64,000 bases of DNA. Source: Verrucomicrobiota bacterium. Its GTDB lineage: Bacteria; Verrucomicrobiota; Verrucomicrobiia; Limisphaerales; CANJSG01. Position numbers and translations under genes: made by a program. The stretch is from the NCBI GenBank assembly GCA_038209745.1, contig JBBQXJ010000008.1, forward strand, positions 16,298-80,297, written 5' to 3'. Below are positions 59,081-64,000 of this stretch, piece after piece. Under the pieces are notes generated by a model. It searched no databases. It was not told the origin of the DNA and saw only the letters and a list, made by a program, of their open reading frames with translations. The stretch's first letter is position 1. Every line of letters begins with the position of its first letter.

Positions 59081-59118
59081 CGTTCCGGCGACGAAGCGGG
59101 TGTTCCGATAGCGGAACA
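59081..59118. promoter_or_regulatory. Upstream activator site(s) for P3
   Basis: Perfect TGTTCCG-ATAG-CGGAACA (59101-59118) and degenerate cGTTCCG-GCGA-CGAAGCg 20 bp away. Confidence 0.7.
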
Positions 59119-59275
59119 GGGCAGGACACGATTCCAGCCTGGCCGGGAGGTCGGACGGGACCGCCCAACGGCGGGCGCCAAGGGGAAAGGAGTGGATCCC
59201 AGATTCCTCCACGCCCCACGGGTCAATCTGGAAGACTGGCCTACGTTCGACCGCGCCGTTACGGCTTTGCCCGAA

Positions 59276-60670
59276 CTATGCCGCTGGCGGACGCAGCTCG
59301 GGCCATTTCTCCAAGCGTCGCAGCAGCGCCTGCGGAGACAGCCCGACCTTGGCGGCGGCGCGACGGATGCCGCCATTGGCCTCGGCCAAGGCCGTTTGGA
59401 TCAAGCGGTATTCCTGCTCCTCCAAGCGCGTCAGAGAGCGTTGAGGAGGCGGAGGCGTTACCGCCGCGGCCGCAGATGGAGGAGCGGCAATGTGTGCGGT
59501 GGTTGGACGCCCGCGATGGAGCCAGTTCACATCCAATTTCAGCCAACGGCTATCGTCCGGCGTTTTGAGCAGGGAGCGCTCCAGGACGTTGCGGAGTTCG
59601 CGAACGTTGCCAGGAAAGTCGTGAGCCTCCAGCGCCTCCAGATCGGCGGGCTGAAGAAGCTGTTTGGTGCGTTCGTATTTTACCGCCAGATCGGCCAGCA
59701 ACCGTTCAGCCAACCGCGCGAGGTCGGCTCGGCGCTGGCGCAGCGGCGGTAGTTCGATGGAGAAGACTTCGAGCCGATAGAGCAGATCCTCGCGGAAACG
59801 GCCCGCGCGCACTTCTTCGGACAGTGAGCGGTTGGTGGCCGCGAGGAAGCGTCCCTGGAACGGCAGCGTCTCGGTGCTGCCCAAGGGTCGGTATTCGCGC
59901 GCCTCCAGCAAGCGGAGCAGTTTCGCCTGGAGCGCGAGCGGCACTTCGCCGATCTCGTCGAGGAACAGGGTGCCGGTTCCGGCGGCCGCGACGAGTCCCT
60001 GGCGTTTGCGGTCGGCTCCCGTGTAGGCCCCGCGTTCGGCACCGAAAAGCTCGGACTCGAACATCTCCGCCGGAAGCGCCGCGCAGTTCACCGCGACAAA
60101 GGGCGCACTGTCGGAGGGATGGGTCAACGCATGGAGCATCCGTGCGGCGACGTCCTTGCCGGTGCCGGTTTCACCGGTGACTAGAACCGTGGTCGTGGCG
60201 TGCCGGGCGATCTGTCGGAGCTGTTGGATCACCTCCACCATGGCCGGTGAATCGCCCAGCCATTCCGTGGCGGACGCGGGTGAGGAGCCGGCGCGGAGCC
60301 GTTGCAAGGCGCGGCGCAGACAGGCCGAGAGCGCATCGACGTTGAGCGGTTTCGGCAGATAGTCGAAGAGCCCGTTCCGGGTGAGCGCGACGGCTTCTCC
60401 GAGATCGGGGATGCCGGTCATCATGATCACCGGCATGTCGGGGTTGCGCCGCGAGAGCATGGCGAAGAAGTCGTAGCCCTTGCCGTCCGGCAGATGGTTG
60501 TCGAGCAGCGCCAGGTCGAATCCACGGGTCGTCGAGACCGAGCACGCCGAGGCGATGTCGCCGCAGTGGACCACCGTTCCGCCTTCCGCGCGCACGACCT
60601 GTCCCGCCATGTCGGCGAACGCGGCGTCGTCTTCGACGATCAAGCAAGTGAACGGGGCGGCGGCTGTCAT
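59276..60670 (-). CDS. NtrC-family sigma54-dependent response regulator (REC, AAA+, Fis-type HTH)
   Basis: LIVEDD..LLDNHLPDG..YLPKP; GETGTGKD; ESELFG..GAYTGA; LFLDEIGE; FREDLLYRL; FPGNVREL; AAAKVGLS. Confidence 0.95.
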   Translation of the reverse strand: MTAAAPFTCLIVEDDAAFADMAGQVVRAEGGTVVHCGDIASACSVSTTRGFDLALLDNHLPDGKGYDFFAMLSRRNPDMPVIMMTGIPDLGEAVALTRNGLFDYLPKPLNVDALSACLRRALQRLRAGSSPASATEWLGDSPAMVEVIQQLRQIARHATTTVLVTGETGTGKDVAARMLHALTHPSDSAPFVAVNCAALPAEMFESELFGAERGAYTGADRKRQGLVAAAGTGTLFLDEIGEVPLALQAKLLRLLEAREYRPLGSTETLPFQGRFLAATNRSLSEEVRAGRFREDLLYRLEVFSIELPPLRQRRADLARLAERLLADLAVKYERTKQLLQPADLEALEAHDFPGNVRELRNVLERSLLKTPDDSRWLKLDVNWLHRGRPTTAHIAAPPSAAAAVTPPPPQRSLTRLEEQEYRLIQTALAEANGGIRRAAAKVGLSPQALLRRLEKWPELRPPAA

Positions 60671-60682
60671 GCGTGGCGAAGT

Positions 60683-63394
60683 CTAGGTGGGGTGGGTCGT
60701 CTTGCCCAGTGCCTGAGCGACGGCCAGGAGAAGCTCGTCGAGCGAGAAGGGCTTCGGCAGAAGCCGAGTGTTCTCCTCGGAGGAAGCGGCGCTGTCCGCT
60801 CCGGAAAGGATGACCGGCAAGCCACTGCGGAGCTTGCGGGCTTCGCGAACCAAGCTCGGTCCGTCCATCCCGGGCATCGAGTTGCCGGTGATCAGCAGCC
60901 GGATCTCCGAGCCTTGGTCCTGCAGCAACTGGAGCGCGACCGCGACGTTCGGCGCGGCCAACACGCAATAGCCTTCAGCCGTCAATCCATCCACGAGCAG
61001 CTCGCGGATCGCCAGTTCGTCGTCCGCCACGAGGATCCTTTCGCCCTGGCCGCGCGGAAGGCCGGCCAGCGAATCAGAGCGCGGCGCGGCTTCGGTCTCG
61101 GTCGCCACGGGCAGGAAGACCTCGAAGGTGCTGCCTTGGCCGGGCTCGCTCTCCACCCGGACAAACCCTTCGTGGCTTTTGACAATACGCTGCACGGTGG
61201 AGAGCCCGATGCCGGTGCCCGCCCCTTCGGCCTTCGTGGTGAAGAACGCTTCAAAGAGGCGCGCCCGCACCTCCGGCGTCATGCCGGTGCCGGTATCGGA
61301 TACCATCAGCGAAACGAATCGACCGGGACGACCGCCCGGAATGGCGGCGGCTTCCTCGGCGGACAGTTCGACATTGTCCGCCGCGAAAGTGAGTCGGCCG
61401 CCGGCAGGCATGGCGTCGCGGGCGTTGACGGCGAGGTTGAGCAGGATCTGGTGCAGTTCGGTGGGCCGGCCACGAACAGGTCGAAGGTCGGGAGGCAGAA
61501 ATGTCTCCAGCTTGATGCCGTGTGGGAACGTATCGCGGACGAGATGCTCCAACTCCCGGACAAGACCGGCGAGATCGACCGTCTCGGCGCTGGCGGCACC
61601 GCCCCGCGCGAAGTGGAGAACCTGCCGGACCATGCCCGCGCCGCGATGGGTGCTGTCCTCGATCATCTGCAACATCCGGCGGGATTCGTCATCCACCGCA
61701 TTGCGACGGAGGATCTGCACGCCCATGAGGACTGGCGCCAGAGCGTTGTTCAGGTCATGGGCCATGCCGGCGGCCAATGCGCCAATTGTGTTCATCCGCT
61801 GCGTGCGGAGGAACTGCGCCTCCAATGCCTTCTGCTCGGACACGTCGCGATTGACCAGCAGCAGGGCTTTCGGTTGGCCGCATCCGTCTCGGATGAGCGT
61901 CCAGCGACTCGACGCAATCAGGATCGCACCCGAAGCGGCGCGCAGCAGCAGTTCGCCGTTCCAATCGCCGTCTTTCAACGCGACGGCTCGCGCCCTAGCG
62001 GCCAGGTCAGGTTGCGGCGAAAAGAGGTCCTGCACGGCGGAATGTTCGCGAAGTTCGGCCAGACTTCGGCCAAAGAGCCGTTCGGCGCTGGGATTGGCAT
62101 AGGTCACTGCACCGTCGATCGTTTGAACGAGAATGGCGTCGTGGGCCGCGTCGATCAGGGCGGCTTGTTCACGAATGCGCTCCTGCGCGATCCGGCGTTC
62201 GGCCTCCAATTGACGACGCGCGCGATACCATTCCACCGATTGGAAAAGCACGGACCCGCCCCATGCAGTCGGCGCTTGGACGAGCCCAACCAGCAACCAC
62301 GGAAACCAGGTCCCGGCCCGAAACGCCATCATCGAACCGACCATCGCGACGACGACTGCGGCGAGTGCACCCGCGGTGGCCCAGACAGGACGAAGCCACA
62401 TCAGGCTGGCGGCCAGCCCGAGCCCGATGCCGGCCAAGACAACCAGCTCCACGCCACGAGAGCCGCGGTGGAGACCATCTTGTCGCAGGAGATTCAGCAA
62501 CTGCGTGGCGTGGACCTCGACGCCGGGCATGAAGAACTCCTTGCGTCCCCAAGAGTGAAAAGGGCTGCGGAATTCATCGCGTGGTTGGTCGAAGGAACCT
62601 TCGGACGAACGGGCACCGATGAAGACAATCTTGTCGCGGAAGAACCCGGCCGGCAGCGCGTCGGAAGAAAGAGCCTCCGCGTAGCTGACATGCGGCAGGC
62701 TGAGAGCCGGGCCGTAGTAGCGCATCCATTCGGCGGTCAACTCCGAGGTGTGTTTTACTCCGATCTGCTTGGCGACCGCGTGGGCCAAGCTTGGCTTTGA
62801 TTCCGAAACCAGTCCCGCGAAATGCCGGCGAACGACCAGATCGTCATCGATCCTGATAACCGCCAATCCCCAGCCCGCGGCGGCTTCAGCGAAAGGTCCG
62901 AAGGGTGGAGACCATGAGCGGCTGCGGGCGCCAGTTGCATTGTCGCCCTCGGCGAGGTGGCTGGATTTGATGTCGTATTCGCCGGCGAGGACCACGCAGC
63001 CGCTTTCGCGGATTGCGCCGGCAAGATCGCGGTCCGCTTCGGGATCTGGCCCCGGTCCGGCGAAAAGAATATCAAAGGCGACGGCTCGCGCGCCCGCTTC
63101 GGTCAGTCGCCGGACGAGCTGTGCGTGGACTTGTCGGGGCCACGGCCGCAACGGATCGAGTCCAGCGGCGCGATAGGTTGCAGGATCGAGATATACGAGA
63201 ACCACCGGAGCGTTCATCGCATTCAAGGGCATCGCGTCGGTCGAAAGACGATGGAGCGAATCGTAGCTCGCATGTTCCAGCCAAGAACCCGAAGAAGTGC
63301 CGTAGAACAGAGGCCAAACTCCCAGTAGCGCCGTCAACAACCCGACCCAAATCACGCCAGCAACGCGGGACACAATCTTGGATCTATCGGGCAT
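60683..63394 (-). CDS. CHASE2-PAS hybrid sensor histidine kinase with C-terminal receiver-like domain; start uncertain
   Basis: PWPRQVHAQLV..GARAVAFDILF, DKIVFIG, MPGVEVHA + 3 TM helices (CHASE2); PAS YANPSAERLFG; AHDLNN; LNLAVNARDAM, DTGTGM, FFTTK, GTGIGL; REC ILVADDE..LPKPF. Confidence 0.93.
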   Translation of the reverse strand: MPDRSKIVSRVAGVIWVGLLTALLGVWPLFYGTSSGSWLEHASYDSLHRLSTDAMPLNAMNAPVVLVYLDPATYRAAGLDPLRPWPRQVHAQLVRRLTEAGARAVAFDILFAGPGPDPEADRDLAGAIRESGCVVLAGEYDIKSSHLAEGDNATGARSRSWSPPFGPFAEAAAGWGLAVIRIDDDLVVRRHFAGLVSESKPSLAHAVAKQIGVKHTSELTAEWMRYYGPALSLPHVSYAEALSSDALPAGFFRDKIVFIGARSSEGSFDQPRDEFRSPFHSWGRKEFFMPGVEVHATQLLNLLRQDGLHRGSRGVELVVLAGIGLGLAASLMWLRPVWATAGALAAVVVAMVGSMMAFRAGTWFPWLLVGLVQAPTAWGGSVLFQSVEWYRARRQLEAERRIAQERIREQAALIDAAHDAILVQTIDGAVTYANPSAERLFGRSLAELREHSAVQDLFSPQPDLAARARAVALKDGDWNGELLLRAASGAILIASSRWTLIRDGCGQPKALLLVNRDVSEQKALEAQFLRTQRMNTIGALAAGMAHDLNNALAPVLMGVQILRRNAVDDESRRMLQMIEDSTHRGAGMVRQVLHFARGGAASAETVDLAGLVRELEHLVRDTFPHGIKLETFLPPDLRPVRGRPTELHQILLNLAVNARDAMPAGGRLTFAADNVELSAEEAAAIPGGRPGRFVSLMVSDTGTGMTPEVRARLFEAFFTTKAEGAGTGIGLSTVQRIVKSHEGFVRVESEPGQGSTFEVFLPVATETEAAPRSDSLAGLPRGQGERILVADDELAIRELLVDGLTAEGYCVLAAPNVAVALQLLQDQGSEIRLLITGNSMPGMDGPSLVREARKLRSGLPVILSGADSAASSEENTRLLPKPFSLDELLLAVAQALGKTTHPT

Positions 63395-63959
63395 ACCGTT
63401 AGCGGGATGCTTGGAGTCTGACGGGAGAAAGACCAGCTCTGATGCGGTTGGTTCAGGGGCAACTGTGATGGCCAATGAAAACGGTTGTTCCTGCCGTTCG
63501 CTATCCATTTCCCTTGGGGCTCGGAAAGCGAAGGCATGAACGAGTAACGCCGCCACGTGGCCCTGCCGGGAGCGATGTCGATCGAGTGCGAGCAGGAGCC
63601 GGTGCGGCCGGCGACGATGACGGCGTTGCTTGTGACGGGACATGGCGCGCCACTGCTGCTGGTCGGACCGCTGCTAGGTTCCGGGGATCAGACCGGTCAA
63701 AAGTGACCGGTCATCCCACTCCAATTTAGCCTCAAATGTTCGTGGGGCGCCGGGTAACAATCCCGCGTCCCTAAAGCGGGAAAACGCTCTCAAGAATGGC
63801 TGTCCTCACTTGGATGATTGTCCTGACCCATGCTTTCCATTTCTTTCGAGACTCGGGGACATAAATCACCTGTTGAAAGATAGGGCCATTTTTAGGGCCA
63901 CACATATTTCGCTTTTTTTCGCAAATTGCTGAGCGTTTTCTCGAAACAAACCGAAAACA

Positions 63960-64000
63960 TGGTGGAGGCGGCGGGCGTTGAACCCGTCCGGAAATTTCGC
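63960..64000 (-). ncRNA. tmRNA-like 3' end (degenerate att copy or the end of ssrA lying beyond the window)
   Basis: Reverse complement ...GGAC-GGG-TTCAACG-CCCGC-CGCCTCC-ACCA: T-arm and acceptor strand with U70, discriminator A and CCA. T-stem and loop are imperfect. Confidence 0.6.

Noticed and set aside
63459..63475. TTGGCCATCACAGTTGC upstream of the kinase as a sigma54 promoter
   Set aside because: Spacing is GG-N11-GC, and no TGTTCCG palindrome lies upstream.

Overview
GC-rich bacterial chromosome segment, most likely Verrucomicrobiota. This is an inference from the PVC-type CxxCH heme proteins, a PEP-CTERM-like protein and the style of the secreted proteins. The housekeeping backbone comprises acnA, metH, an RluA-family gene, rpsA, tilS-ftsH, rsmH, sucA-sucB-lpdA, rpmH-rnpA-yidD-yidC-jag, rplU-rpmA-obgE, tRNA-Pro(CGG) and tRNA-Lys(TTT). 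It is interleaved with carbohydrate-active and secreted genes (clan-A glycoside hydrolase, GH81, esterase, BNR propeller) and several decayed genes. Most notable: (1) a 13-kb signalling module (50.6-63.4 kb) with a FecR-TPR-beta-barrel outer-membrane protein, a CHASE2 hybrid kinase, an NtrC-type activator and three secreted-protein genes, each preceded by a sigma54 promoter and a shared TGTTCCG-N4-CGGAACA palindrome; (2) an unannotated leader-peptide attenuator (Cys-Cys-Trp) upstream of an uncharacterised 114-aa protein; (3) REP-like palindromes inserted in frame in metH and acnA; (4) a ~365-nt closed, highly structured intergenic element; (5) a 435-bp mini-IS481 with target duplication; (6) a stand-alone DUF772-like protein; (7) a tmRNA-like 3' end at the window edge. 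No CRISPR array or rRNA was seen. All calls are by eye and no searches were run.
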